Both the position numbers and the translations under genes were made by a program. From Babesia bigemina (taxonomy: Eukaryota), in the NCBI RefSeq assembly GCF_000981445.1, contig NC_027218.1, forward strand, positions 3,410,001 to 3,474,000: a DNA stretch of 64,000 bases, given 5' to 3'. Of this stretch, positions 48,801-59,904 are shown piece after piece. How positions within the stretch are numbered: the stretch's first letter is position 1; the number at the start of each line of letters is the position of its first letter. The notes beneath the pieces are model-generated. The model did not search any database. It saw nothing but the letters and a program-made list of their open reading frames with translations, and was not told where the DNA came from.

Positions 48801-51249
48801 CCTTGACATGTGTCAGTAGATCGTTTAGTTCCCTGTATAGAGTGCCGCTTTTTGCTTCGGTGTCGCGATCGGTTTTCCCGACCGTGTCGCTCAAGAACAT
48901 TGCAATTTTCTCGCAAAGTTGCTCAGCGTCACCTTTTAATTTTGACATACCCTTAAATGCGCCTAACGACGTTATTGTGCTCTCACTCTCATCGAGGAGC
49001 TCAGCGAAAACTTTTCTTATAGGTTCAAAACGCTCACTCACCATGGAGGAGACTTTTGATTGAGCCTTACCGAGACCTTTGATGCATGCCTCGTGAAGAA
49101 CAGTGGCTAGCTTTTTATTAAATTCGCCAAATGTTGCTTTTTCCTTGATCGCCGTGACCTGGGCTAAAATCGTATTGCCATGGTCCTCTTCTTGTATGCC
49201 TTGAGCTTTTTTGATTGCTTTTTCAAGATCATCGTCAAGTGCCGTGGCCATCACCCATGCATTCTTCGCGTTAGTCGCAAAGTTTAACTTAGAACTTCCC
49301 GTCTGTAGAGCAAAATTGTAGAGTTCCTTTGCCGCTTTCGACGCAGCAGATACAAGACCGGTCAAGATGAATTGGATTGCAACGGTGAGGGGACTTCTGA
49401 GAGGAGGCCCTCTCAATGGATTCACCGCCTCGAATTCGATTGCTTCAGCTATGCTGGATATGAAAGCATTAGACGTATCATCAAAATTCTCAGTTTCAAT
49501 TCTCTCATTAAGCCTTTCAGCAAATGTGTTGATACAACTGTGGACCTTACTAACATTCCCCACGATGTCAGCTTGATCAACTATTTTCACAGGTTGAAAT
49601 GCGTTGCCAATTAGGTTTTGTAGCCTCTTCGTGATTGCAATGGCAATTTTATTACATTGTCCTTTCAAAATAGCCTTAGTGCTTGTATCTATAATCCCGG
49701 GCTTAAAATAATCCATCGAATACGTCCCAATCCATTTTGCAATTTTTTTCTTGACGACCTCATTATTCTCCAATGTATGTTCTATCCAACTCTGCACCAC
49801 AATTTGAAATCCATTTTCGTCAAACTTCTGAACATACCCATGCACCTTCCGTTTCATCCCCTCCAGACCATCCTCTTCATTATCATCTTCTGCATCGCCA
49901 TTTAGGATGCTTTTTACATCACTGCTAATATCTCCTAGCATCTCCCTTATATGAGTTTTAACGTTTGTTTCAATTTGCTGTATTAATGCGTCGATCTCAT
50001 GACTCTGATTTACACCCCAATCACCGCCTCTGCTGTTATAAGCATCAAAATCTTTCGGCACTTCTGCCGTAATGTCTCTGTAGATATTTTGAAGCGCCGC
50101 CATTTGTTCACTTAAAGCTTTTACCTGCAACGCAAACTTCTCTTTCTCTCCAATAATAGTCTCCTTAAGTTCCCGCGCCTGCCCCAAAATCCCTTCCACT
50201 CCTGGAACAATCACTTTCCCATAATTCTCTTCCAGTTTATCTATACCCTTACGCACATCCACAAAAGCTTCAAAAAGATCTTTCTCCACAGACACTTTTA
50301 ATGCCTCAAACTCCCCGCGTTTCATAGTCGCGATCTCTCCATGCAGTGCCTCCATCGTGCTCTTAAACTCCTCCACAGCATTGTGCCCCTGAGTTTTAAT
50401 CTGCGTTTCGACGTGTCCTGGCAACTGTTTCAGCGCCTCATCAAGCTTTGACAACACGTCAAGCAGATCATTGTTCTGAGCAGACGCAGCAAACACTCTG
50501 ACGAACATCTCAACCTTGTCGAAATGCTCTTGGAGTCTTTTCTTAAGGTCGCGGTCAACAACTTTCACGGATTGTATTGTGTTTTCGAGTGTTGTTGATT
50601 CTAATTTTTTGGCCTGCTTAATGCACTTATGCAGTGCAGCTGACACTTCATTGGCCGTAGTGTTGTTAGCATTCTTTAAAGATTCAAGAGCTTTTTTAAA
50701 GCCCTTCTGCGGATTTGTTAGGTGTTCTGTATATATTGTAGTGAGTCTATCAGTAACATAATTAGTTTTCATGTCAACATTATTTTGGTAAGTACCGTAC
50801 CAGTTGACCACCTCGGCTACCGCCGTCTGGAGACCCTTCTGGCCTTTACCTATACATGTATATATAGTGCCTATTAGTGCATGAATATCGTTAGATCTAT
50901 TATTTGTGTCATAATGGTGAACATTATTGTCATCCTTCACCCCTTCAAGCACACCACTCAAAAATCCCATCACCCCGTCACACAGTCTGTCAAGGTCAGA
51001 GTAGACAATGCCTTTGCCAGTGTAGCCTTTGGAAGTAGAGTCGAAGCCGAGGAATGTCTCGAGGCCAGTGCAGAGGTTATTAAGGATGTTAGTAGGGTTG
51101 TTATTTGAGGTGTTTTTAAGGTTTTGAATTTTGTCAAATTTCTTGTCAAGCTCCCTAGGCGGCACATGGTCAGGGCAGTGGCAGGAGGTGGAAGAGGGGA
51201 AGGGAAGGGTGACAAGGCACAAGTTATTAGGATGGTTTATAGAGGTCAT
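45850..51249 (-). CDS. ves: VESA-like protein G6 (tail A, short N-terminus, leader in frame), 1799 aa
   Basis: Uninterrupted ORF from leader ATG to YLQP stop. Confidence 0.9.
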   Translation of the reverse strand: MTSINHPNNLCLVTLPFPSSTSCHCPDHVPPRELDKKFDKIQNLKNTSNNNPTNILNNLCTGLETFLGFDSTSKGYTGKGIVYSDLDRLCDGVMGFLSGVLEGVKDDNNVHHYDTNNRSNDIHALIGTIYTCIGKGQKGLQTAVAEVVNWYGTYQNNVDMKTNYVTDRLTTIYTEHLTNPQKGFKKALESLKNANNTTANEVSAALHKCIKQAKKLESTTLENTIQSVKVVDRDLKKRLQEHFDKVEMFVRVFAASAQNNDLLDVLSKLDEALKQLPGHVETQIKTQGHNAVEEFKSTMEALHGEIATMKRGEFEALKVSVEKDLFEAFVDVRKGIDKLEENYGKVIVPGVEGILGQARELKETIIGEKEKFALQVKALSEQMAALQNIYRDITAEVPKDFDAYNSRGGDWGVNQSHEIDALIQQIETNVKTHIREMLGDISSDVKSILNGDAEDDNEEDGLEGMKRKVHGYVQKFDENGFQIVVQSWIEHTLENNEVVKKKIAKWIGTYSMDYFKPGIIDTSTKAILKGQCNKIAIAITKRLQNLIGNAFQPVKIVDQADIVGNVSKVHSCINTFAERLNERIETENFDDTSNAFISSIAEAIEFEAVNPLRGPPLRSPLTVAIQFILTGLVSAASKAAKELYNFALQTGSSKLNFATNAKNAWVMATALDDDLEKAIKKAQGIQEEDHGNTILAQVTAIKEKATFGEFNKKLATVLHEACIKGLGKAQSKVSSMVSERFEPIRKVFAELLDESESTITSLGAFKGMSKLKGDAEQLCEKIAMFLSDTVGKTDRDTEAKSGTLYRELNDLLTHVKELGRKFNDVKKKCRAVDETLTQWTSKAAEQLSSAKLKANHAINKVANEMKNKITDDLHAVIQKVQNVYQRTMETKLEELKSDVDAQFDKIRIVINDDLESGVKGLLRKLHTNCERIVANDVSVEALSSAFQTVIGPLKDHVDIEVKRLNKESNDKSNPVKHHNAKYADELNQVYRVLRDLLNHITTKKGYDYLFPRLLDELMNAVNRLTPQDFADPNTAILDGIRVGLVGFVNEMRKVYINMYDGATPIDKWETEDPKKKKKEANKDAAENMILTKDGRNGARICVTIMYMIYQQLHELYYFGGKKWKDHKIQGEADRIELERHLRRVGYDVSNLITKDGTGWNVAVRLAKGFVRHNEFNKYPTEFKSLDASMGFAKNHGGLLTQIFEHLETYNAVSHMVLQPKPRSPCNAYEMCIWLTGLPYRPVYDAMLHDVLPSLLENPDKQAKDDDGLEIPLVDSGIEPVTAYPHDITYDGLVTSLHEMCSKSYDVLACIVGTGDAATYYACQYCDNSFNLRYPSDPASCLDMLLDILRRLLPALRFLSTQCSLDAEHGGWQQCEYGKVVPSGKSRCKDHSSDEATCQPKCKANTKANCQPTSPLQSYLNDCLPGHLPHQLADIGCKSKCTTCPAGKPGMPCVTPLGFRAFSGSTKTGKAICDILEDLLKNNVASLLSCLLPRPPSTLAEHFGFALSVVKGWKLGVSADKKGMQSHIESSIDKVSISLYSKPNELTDALSKIYGISQKRNDHSHRVAEPADLSTLSMDQSCMLANEDNVHCGPYLQILCSDSYCYLAKKHSDLYLSWAVDLPWSLYSYLKSLFDSYSSISCQDWGCSRCVDGISCRPGKHGDGYSCRCRSLVRCRGVLSTLYNYGFTFGDAKKLLSDTERRYCRNLYAQLQNVLKSQHFTKLFEECDNFIWTIREPFTYLVLALWSLSLFYLICVMVGRLDVLHIRSHLRIPSSHKITAQSLLAAAQVGRLAKISYLQP

Positions 51250-51279
51250 AGCGGAATAATGGCGATGTGATTCAAGGGA

Positions 51280-51705
51280 GGTAGAGTGGATAAAGGGGCG
51301 ATGTAGAGTGGGTTAAGGGGCGATGTAGAGTGGGTTAGGGAGCGATGTAGAGTGGGTTAGGGAGCGATGTAGAGTGGATAAGGAGCGATGTGGAGTGGAT
51401 AAAGGGGCGATGTGGAGTGGATAAGGAGCGATGTAGAGTGGGTTAAGGGGCGATGTAGAGTGGATAAGGAGCGATGTAGAGTGGATAAAGGGGCGATGTA
51501 GAGTGGGTTAGGGAGCGATGTAGAGTGGGTTAGGGAGCGATGTAGAGTGGATAAAGGGGCTATGTAGAGTGGGTTAAGGGGCGATGTAGAGTGGGTTAAG
51601 GGGCGATGTAGAGTGGATAAAGGGCGATGTGGAGTGGATAAAGAAGCGATGTAGAGTGGAGAAAAGGGCGATGTAGAGTGGATAAGGGAGCGATGTGGAG
51701 TGGAT
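51280..51705. repeat. Repeat A array, ~19 copies
   Basis: Same unit. Confidence 0.95.
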
Positions 51706-51729
51706 GATAATCACCACTTAGGTCACCAC

Positions 51730-52163
51730 TGTCATCGCTGCCGTGACCATGCCGTCGCTGCCGTGACCATGCCGTCGCTGCCGTGACCATGTCATCGCTG
51801 CCGTGACCATGCGATCGCTGCCGTGAACATGTCATCGCTGCCTTGACCATGTCATCGCTGCCGTAACCATGTCATCGCTGCCGTGACCATGTCATCGCTG
51901 CCGTGACCATCAACTTGGTAACCATGTCATCGCTGCCGTGACCATGTCGTCGCTGCCGTAACTATCTCATCGCTGCCGTGACCATGCCGTCGCTGCCGTG
52001 ACCATGTCATCGCTGCCGTGACCATGCGATCGCTGCCGTGAACATGTCATCGCTGCCTTGACCATGTCATCGCTGCCGTAACCATGTCATCGCTGCCTTG
52101 ACCATGTCATCGCTGCCGTAACCATGTCATCGCTGCCGTAACCATGTCATCGCTGCCGTAACC
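51730..52163. repeat. Repeat B array
   Basis: Same unit. Confidence 0.94.
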
Positions 52164-52166
52164 ACT

Positions 52167-52408
52167 AACTTGGTCAACACGTTGGTCAGCACTTTGGTCA
52201 GCACGTTGGTCAGGTGTTTGATCACCACGTTGGTCAGCACTTTGGTCAGCACATTGGTCAGCACGTTGGTCAACACGTTGGTCAGCACGTTGGTCAGCAC
52301 CTTGGTCAGCACATTGGTCAGCACGTTGGTCATGGCATTGGTCACCACCTTGGTCAACACTTTGGGCAGCACTTTGGTAAGGTGCTAGGTCAGCTATTAG
52401 GTCACCAC
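52167..52408. repeat. Repeat C array
   Basis: Same unit. Confidence 0.93.
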
Positions 52409-52533
52409 ATCAGTTATGTACTACACAATCACATACAACGATTAATGAGTGATACAACAAATTAAAGCACAATTCATAAGTTAGGTGAGTAGGTGATGCT
52501 AGGTGAGTGTAGACAGTGAACACGTGAGTACGA

Positions 52534-55500
52534 TTATGGTTGCAGATAAAACACCCTGTTAAGCTTGTTAACGCGTCCAGCAGCAAGTAGTGATTGAGCG
52601 GCGATGCGATGTGACGATGGTGAGTGTAAGTGAGATTTGATGTGGAGCAGGTCGAGGCGGATGACCATGATGTGGATGAGGTACAACAGAGAGAGGAGCC
52701 AGAGAGCTAAGACAAGGTAGGAGAAGGGTGTTCTGATTGTCCAGAGGAAGTTGTCGCACTCGGTAAAGAGGTCTGTGAAATATTGCGAATTAAGAATTTT
52801 ATTTAGCTTCATCTGGAAGTCGAAACATGTTTGAACACTGTCTTTAGTGTTCAATGTGGACGCATCGGCAAACATAAATCCGCATCGGTACAACGTTGGT
52901 GAGACACCTTTACACAAAACTATGGATTTGCAGTGACATGAGTATTTTTCACTGCCGTGTTTTCCTCGCTTGCACGCATCGCCAGCCATACATTGTCGAC
53001 ATCCCCAATCCTGACAAACTACGTTGCAGAACTCATTGTATAGATTGTTGAGATAATTCCAAAATGTCCACGGCGAATAAACGACCCAAGAGAGGTATGC
53101 TTTAGAATGTTTATTGGCTAATATATCGTAAGAATCGCTGCAGAGGGGTGATAGGAAAGAGGCGCTACCAATTCTATTGGCTTTGTGTTTACACAAACTG
53201 TCTGATGTAAGATTTCTAAGGTGGTAATATTCACATTCGCCATGCTTCACGGAATCCGAACCGTATGCATTAATGATGGGTTTAGTGAGCGCGAATGGAT
53301 CTTCGTAGAGATTGATGGACTGCGTTTTTATAGATGATTCAAAAGCGCCCGCAAATGTCTTAATCTTGCTATATACGGTTGTTGCAGGATTGACATTCTG
53401 CGCAATAGATAAAGCAAATCCGAAATGTTCTGGTAAAGTGGCTGGCGGTGTCGGCGCGAGACAGAACAGCGATGTACAATATTCATTATCCAAGAACTTG
53501 GCAATCATATCGCATAACTCTGCACCCGTACGGGTACTGCCGGAAAATGCCCTAAATCCAAATGGCGTTATACACGGCATTCCCTTCTTATTACTAGGAC
53601 ATGTTAAACATTTGGATTTGCAACCAATGGTCTCCAGCGTATGCGGTAAGTGACCAGGCAAGCAGTCGTTTAAGTAGGACATTAGCGGAGAGGTTGTTCG
53701 GCAATTTGGTTGGCAATTTGCCTGGCACTTTGGTTGGCACGTTGCTTTATCCCTTGAGTGGTCGTTGCACGGCCAGTTGGTGGTGGCGATACCTTTGCCG
53801 TATGTACAGTCATTCCAACCATTATGTTTAGCGCTTAGGCCGCACTGGGTCATCAGAAATTTGAGTGGAGTGAACAAGCGACGGAGAATATCAAGCAGCA
53901 TGTCAAAACACTCTTCACCTGATGTGGGATATTTTAATTTATGAGAGTTACTGCCGAAGTCGCAAGCGTATATTGTATTTGCGTCGCCAGTGCCAAGTAT
54001 ACCTGCCAACAGTAGGTATGCGTGCTCTGATAAGTGTTCAATAGCATCACTAATATGCGCGGGTAAGACCGATTTTGTATGAGCGTTAATGGGTTGAAGT
54101 ACTTTCCTTGATGGGTTCAGCTCATCTGGAACCATGAACAATTCCGGAACGTGATTTAACAATCGACCGAACGCGGTGTTGAACTGCAGTCCTGAGAGCC
54201 ATATCAACTGCTCGTATACGCTGCAAGGTGTTTTAGTTGCGAAGGATGTGGAAAGATGAGATATCTGGTTATATGGTTTAATCACAGCGTAAAGTTTCGG
54301 AATTACGCCTTCCTCATGAACGACGTCGAACGTTGGCTCCGACTCATTTTCCAAAGATCCTTCAGCCCCGTCGAGCTGAGTAAAGGCGGGACTAAATAAA
54401 ACATGGTCTCCCGTTGCTAGGTGCCGAAGGATAATATTGCTGTTCATCGTTGCTTTATTATTCAGCTCACCACGATCTATGTTTCGATCGCGGCCAACGT
54501 CGTAACCGTTATGCCTAAAGAACACGCCGTAGAGACCAGCGCGTGGTTGACTGGAGTTATACATCGAATAGAACCTCCAGTTTTCACCTGTCCTTTCGAT
54601 TCCTTCCTTTAGCTGCGTTAGTTCTGTATATAGCACGGGAAGTGTAGTCAGGCATACTTTCGCGTATTTGGATGGATCATCATCGAACAGTGTTCTGTCT
54701 GAGTACGTACTGACATAGGCGTAATTAAGCTCCTTGTCGAAGTGCGTCATCGCATCCTTGAGGAGGTTAAGCAAATTGGGATGCCTTCCCTCGCCAAAGG
54801 TATCGGCTGTCAAGGAGCCTACAGCATTGATCAATTCACGTAAATAAGCGCAAAAGATGGTATCATAATTATAGATTTTGTTGTCATGATTAATTAAGTG
54901 GCCCAGCAATTGGTCAATTTTGCTCTTAATGTTTGCGACTTGCTTCGATTGCTTATTACGTTCTAACAATGTACCTTGACCTGGCGTGTCAAACTTTTTT
55001 GGCGTTTTTACTTGCCATTCAATATACGTAAAAATATCATCAGCATACGTTTTGAATACCGATGCCAATGGTGCAAATCTTCCAAGCGTCTCCTTAGGTG
55101 TTTGATTTGCCCGACCTACAACAGTTATCATAGCATCAAGCTTATTAGGTGAAACTGCACTTCCACTTGCGTCCACATCCCCCTTAAGTCTGCTCAAGAA
55201 ACCCTTCACCCCGCTCTCCCTATCTGCCTGGATAACCCTCTCAATCTCCTGCAACTGCGCCGTGACAACGCTCTCCAGCGCGGCGAACTCGGCCTGCTTC
55301 TGCTTCGCGAAGAGGGATTGGACTTGGTGGGTGAGGGTGGAGAAGGCGGAGGAGACGGTCGCGAGGAGGGTGGATTGGAGTTGCGAAACGGCTGTTTTAA
55401 ATTTCTTGCTGGCGTTAGACAGAGCTTCATGAATGTCATCTATGGCGGAATGTAATCGTTCGGCAGCGGATCTTAACACAGATTCGATGAATTTCAAACT

Positions 55501-57705
55501 TTTCATCACTAGGTTCAACTGCTGTTCTAACAGCTGGATTTTACTGTCTGCCTCAAGCTGGGCATCATCAACAGCGCTGGGAATTTTTTCAAGCATTGGA
55601 ATAATGGAGTTCATTGCTATTTTTGCAGCATCATATAGCGATTTGTTTGTTTCATACTCTCCAAGAAGTTTCGTGTTTACTTTTTTTCCATCAACATGCG
55701 TAAAAGTGTAGTTGACGTGCTCTTTTATCCCATTGATCATATTCCTAAAGGCACCGTTCTCTTTTTGAGTCAGGGCTTTTTTCGTCAGTTGATAATATTC
55801 CGACATGATTTTGCTGAAGGTAGTTTCGATATCCCCTATTGCCTTGTCTACTTCTTTCACGATGTCTTCTCCAATAACGGTGAATAATGATTTCTCTGAG
55901 CCTCCATTTTTATGTCTAGCCGTTTTAAGATTTTCTAGCGAATATAATAATGTTCTTCGTCCGTATTGGTTTGGTTCTGATGCATCTTGCCCCGATAAGC
56001 TTTTTACATTTTGTAGGCCATCGGCGGTTTTCGTAAGCCACTGTCTAATTTCAGTACCATCCAGTGTTCCGAGATTTGAGATACTAACAGCAACACCTCT
56101 GATACCTTTAGCAGCGTCTTCATACTTTGCTTCATTTAACTGTAGAACAAATCCTTCAATGGCATTCTTAACAGTTTTGGTTTTCAAACCTATCAAGTCG
56201 CTTTTAATAGATTGGTCAACGTTGTTAATGAACTCCACTGCCCTACGGACAGCCGCCTCAACTAATCCATTAACCGACAACAACTTCGCTGTATAATCGT
56301 TCTCTATACCCGTGCCTGCCCCTGCCATCTGGTCAAACTGAAGTCTGAGATTAGATTTATCCCCACGTGTAGGATTAATCTCCGTCGTCTCATTGCGTAG
56401 TCTGACAAACAATTCTTTCGTATCATTTCTACATTCCGTAAACGCATCCAGCAAATCTTCGACGTTATACACAGCTGAGTCAATCGCTTCCGTCACCAAC
56501 TTTAACTGCGCATCTTTTTGTTGACCCATAATTTTAATCCTATCTCCAACTTTTCCTATTTCAACATCTAATGTCTTCTGTAAATTCGTGATGCCAATGT
56601 TAACAGTTCCATTGAGTTTTTGTTTCTGACTCACAAGCGCGGTGTCCATGGCCCGAGCAAAGTGCTTCACCTCAACGTCTTCCGTCACCCTATGAAAACC
56701 CTCCACTGCCTGCAAGAGCAATTTAACGTTATATGTTAACATACCTTTTAGATGTTCATCGAGCTTTTTAACGGCTTCGTCGACATTATTCGCTCTAGCA
56801 GTAATGAATTTCCCCCCCGTGGAAGCGTCTGACAATTGTTGAGTAAGAGGCTTCGAGATTGGCTTATTAAATTCTGATTTGGCAGTTTTAATGCTTTCCG
56901 TAAGTTGCTTAAATGCGTTTTTAACTACTTCAATTTCTGCATCTAATCCACTCTCATACCCCTGCAGCCCGCTCCTAACCTTCCCAATGGCATAGGCAAA
57001 TCCCGAAACGCCAAGTCCCTTGCCTATCGTGGATTTTAAAGTGTTAATTGTATCTGTTATTTCAGGATTGTAATGTTTTAATAGGTCCATACTTCCCTCC
57101 AGACATTTAAGCAAAAATCCCATCACTGCATCACACAGCCTGTCAAGGTCGGAGTACACAATCCCACTGCCAGTGTAGCCTTTGGTGGCAGAGTCGAAGC
57201 CGAGGAAAGTTTCGAGGCCGTCACATAAATTAGTAAGAAGATTTTTAGGATCATTTGGTGACTTACTAACATTATCATAATTTTCACAAAGCTTCTTCAC
57301 TTTCTCCAAAGCCTCCAACTTGGAGTGCAATTTGTCTGAGTCAGCAGAGGGAGAGGGGGAAGAAGGAAGAGGATTAGGATGGTTATTAGGCTGTTGAAGT
57401 TGATCATTAAGACGATTAATTTCTGCAGTAACTAACTTACTAAGCTCACTAATTTTCTCGGTGTCAACAGCCTGGCCAGCAGACTTGACAGACACAGAAA
57501 GGGTAGTAACAAGAGAAGAGTAAAGCTTTTTAAGCTCTTCATGACTGTTTATTTTAGCGATAATAGCATTCTTAACGGCTTTCTTAACACTCTCACTTTG
57601 ACCAACAAATCCTCCAAGCTTACCAGCCAATTCACCAAGCTGGACAATCTTCTCTTCAACAGACTTAAGAGCCTGGGACTTGGGAGAGGGGTCGAAGGGT
57701 GACAA
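52534..57705 (-). CDS. ves: VESA-like protein G7 (tail B, long N-terminus); ORF-track start is TTG, leader ATG 57739 out of frame, first in-frame ATG 57123
   Basis: 1723-codon ORF with family motifs. Confidence 0.85.
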   Translation of the reverse strand: MSPFDPSPKSQALKSVEEKIVQLGELAGKLGGFVGQSESVKKAVKNAIIAKINSHEELKKLYSSLVTTLSVSVKSAGQAVDTEKISELSKLVTAEINRLNDQLQQPNNHPNPLPSSPSPSADSDKLHSKLEALEKVKKLCENYDNVSKSPNDPKNLLTNLCDGLETFLGFDSATKGYTGSGIVYSDLDRLCDAVMGFLLKCLEGSMDLLKHYNPEITDTINTLKSTIGKGLGVSGFAYAIGKVRSGLQGYESGLDAEIEVVKNAFKQLTESIKTAKSEFNKPISKPLTQQLSDASTGGKFITARANNVDEAVKKLDEHLKGMLTYNVKLLLQAVEGFHRVTEDVEVKHFARAMDTALVSQKQKLNGTVNIGITNLQKTLDVEIGKVGDRIKIMGQQKDAQLKLVTEAIDSAVYNVEDLLDAFTECRNDTKELFVRLRNETTEINPTRGDKSNLRLQFDQMAGAGTGIENDYTAKLLSVNGLVEAAVRRAVEFINNVDQSIKSDLIGLKTKTVKNAIEGFVLQLNEAKYEDAAKGIRGVAVSISNLGTLDGTEIRQWLTKTADGLQNVKSLSGQDASEPNQYGRRTLLYSLENLKTARHKNGGSEKSLFTVIGEDIVKEVDKAIGDIETTFSKIMSEYYQLTKKALTQKENGAFRNMINGIKEHVNYTFTHVDGKKVNTKLLGEYETNKSLYDAAKIAMNSIIPMLEKIPSAVDDAQLEADSKIQLLEQQLNLVMKSLKFIESVLRSAAERLHSAIDDIHEALSNASKKFKTAVSQLQSTLLATVSSAFSTLTHQVQSLFAKQKQAEFAALESVVTAQLQEIERVIQADRESGVKGFLSRLKGDVDASGSAVSPNKLDAMITVVGRANQTPKETLGRFAPLASVFKTYADDIFTYIEWQVKTPKKFDTPGQGTLLERNKQSKQVANIKSKIDQLLGHLINHDNKIYNYDTIFCAYLRELINAVGSLTADTFGEGRHPNLLNLLKDAMTHFDKELNYAYVSTYSDRTLFDDDPSKYAKVCLTTLPVLYTELTQLKEGIERTGENWRFYSMYNSSQPRAGLYGVFFRHNGYDVGRDRNIDRGELNNKATMNSNIILRHLATGDHVLFSPAFTQLDGAEGSLENESEPTFDVVHEEGVIPKLYAVIKPYNQISHLSTSFATKTPCSVYEQLIWLSGLQFNTAFGRLLNHVPELFMVPDELNPSRKVLQPINAHTKSVLPAHISDAIEHLSEHAYLLLAGILGTGDANTIYACDFGSNSHKLKYPTSGEECFDMLLDILRRLFTPLKFLMTQCGLSAKHNGWNDCTYGKGIATTNWPCNDHSRDKATCQPKCQANCQPNCRTTSPLMSYLNDCLPGHLPHTLETIGCKSKCLTCPSNKKGMPCITPFGFRAFSGSTRTGAELCDMIAKFLDNEYCTSLFCLAPTPPATLPEHFGFALSIAQNVNPATTVYSKIKTFAGAFESSIKTQSINLYEDPFALTKPIINAYGSDSVKHGECEYYHLRNLTSDSLCKHKANRIGSASFLSPLCSDSYDILANKHSKAYLSWVVYSPWTFWNYLNNLYNEFCNVVCQDWGCRQCMAGDACKRGKHGSEKYSCHCKSIVLCKGVSPTLYRCGFMFADASTLNTKDSVQTCFDFQMKLNKILNSQYFTDLFTECDNFLWTIRTPFSYLVLALWLLSLLYLIHIMVIRLDLLHIKSHLHSPSSHRIAAQSLLAAGRVNKLNRVFYLQP

Positions 57706-57766
57706 GGCACAAGTTATTGCTATGGTTTATAGAAGTCATAGCGGTATTATGGCGAGGTGATTCAAA

Positions 57767-58630
57767 GGATGTAGAGTGGGTTAAGGGAGCGATGTAGAGT
57801 GGATAAAGGGGCGATGTAGAGTGGGTTAAGGGGCGATGTAGAGTGGATGAAGGGGCGATGTAGAGTGGGTTAAGGGGCGATGTGGAGTGGATGAAGGAGC
57901 GATGTAGAGTGGGTAGAGGAGCGATGTAGAGTGGGTAGAGGAGCGATGTAGAGTGGATTAAGGGGCGATGTAGAGTGGGTTAGGGAGCGATGTAGAGTGG
58001 ATAAGGGGCGATGTGGAGTGGGTTAAGGAGCGATGTAGAGTGGGTTAGGGAGCGATGTAGAGTGGATAAGGGGCGATGTAGAGTGGGTTAGGGAGCGATG
58101 TAGAGTGGATTAAGGAGCGATGTAGAGTGGGTTAGGGAGCGATGTAGAGTGGATAAGGGGCGATGTAGAGTGGGTTAGGGAGCGATGTAGAGTGGATTAA
58201 GGGGCGATGAAGGGTGGATAAGGGGCGATGTGGAGTGGATAAGGGGCGATGTGGAGTGGGTTAGGGAGCGATGTAGAGTGGATAAGGGGCGATGTAGAGT
58301 GGGTTAGGGAGCGATGTAGAGTGGATTAAGGGGCGATGAAGGGTGGATAAGGGGCGATGTGGAGTGGATAAGGGGCGATGTGGAGTGGATAAGGGGCGAT
58401 GTGGAGTGGGTTATGGAGCGATGTAGAGTGGGTTAAGGGGCGATGTAGAGTGGGTAGAGGAGCGATGTAGAGTGGGTAGAGGAGCGATGTAGAGTGGGTA
58501 GAGGAGCGATGTAGAGTGGATTAAGGGGCGATGTAGAGTGGGTTAGGGAGCGATGTAGAGTGGATAAGGGGCGATGTGGAGTGGGTTAAGGAGCGATGTA
58601 GAGTGGGTTAGGGAGCGATGTAGAGTGGAT
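57767..58630. repeat. Repeat A array, ~39 copies
   Basis: Same unit. Confidence 0.96.
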
Positions 58631-58654
58631 AATAATCACCACTTAGGTCACCAC

Positions 58655-59288
58655 TGTCATCGCTGCCGTGACCATGTCATCGCTGCCGTGACCAGTCATC
58701 GCTGCCGTGTCCAGTCATCGCTGCCGTGTCCATGTCATCGCTGCCGTGACCAGTCATCGCTGCCGTGTCCATGTCATCGCTGCCGTGTCCAGTCATCGCT
58801 GCCGTGTCCATGTCATCGCTGCCGTGACCAGTCATCGCTGCCGTGTCCATGTCATCGCTGCCGTGTCCATGTCATCGCTGCCGTGTCCATGTCATCGCTG
58901 CCGTGTCCATGTCATCGCTGCCGTGTCCATGTCATCGCTGCCGTGACCATGTCATCGCTGCCGTGACCATGTCATCGCTGCCGTGACCATGTCATCGCTG
59001 CCGTGACCATGTCATCGCTGCCGTAACCATGTCATCGCTGCCGTAACCATGTCATCGCTGCCGTGACCATGTCATCGCTGCCGTGACCATGTCATCGCTG
59101 CCGTGACCATGTCATCGCTGCCGTGACCATGTCATCGCTGCCGTGACCATGTCATCGCTGCCGTGACCATGTCATCGCTGCCGTGACCATGTCATCGCTG
59201 CCGTGACCATGTCATCGCTGTTGTGACCATGCGATCGCTGCCGTAACCTTGTCATCGCTGCCGTGACCTTGTCATCGCTGCCGTGACC
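58655..59288. repeat. Repeat B array, ~32 copies
   Basis: Same unit. Confidence 0.95.
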
Positions 59289-59291
59289 ACT

Positions 59292-59806
59292 AACTTGGTC
59301 AGGTGGTTGGTCATCGCATTGGTCACCACTCTGGTCATGGCATTGGTCAGCACGTTGGTCAGCACTTTGGTCAGCACTTTGGTCAGCACGTTGGTCACGG
59401 CGTTGGTCAGCCACTAGGTCACCACGTTGGTCACGGCGTTGGTCAGCCACTAGGTCACCACGTTGGTCATGGCATTGGTCAGCACTTTGGTCACCACTTT
59501 GGTCATGGCATTGGTCACCACTCTGGTCATGGCATTGGTCATCACGTTGGTCACCACTCTGGTCATGGCATTGGTCAACACGTTGGTCATGGCATTGGTC
59601 AGCACCTTGGTCACCACCTTGGTCAGCACATTGGTCAGCACCTTGGTCAGCACATTGGTCACCACTCTGGTCATGGCATTGGTCAACACTTTGGGCAGCA
59701 TCTTGGTCACCACGTTGGTCATGACATTGGTCAACACGTTGGTCACCACTTTGGGCAGCATCTTGGTCATGGCATTGGTCAGCACTTTGGTCATGTGATT
59801 GGTCAT
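59292..59806. repeat. Repeat C array, ~43 copies
   Basis: Same unit. Confidence 0.94.
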
Positions 59807-59904
59807 CAACGCAATCACTTCTGTCTATAACATTAGATGCCAGTTGGCAGTTAGGTTATCAGTGGGATATGGATGACGATGTTCGCGCTACTAAATTGCT
59901 TAGT

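Noticed and set aside
59303..59830. His/Gly-rich, LVST-rich, LALCLGAS and RQSAKLA repeat proteins from C and E arrays
   Set aside because: Automatic consequence of 12- and 24-bp periods; no consistent start or stop across copies
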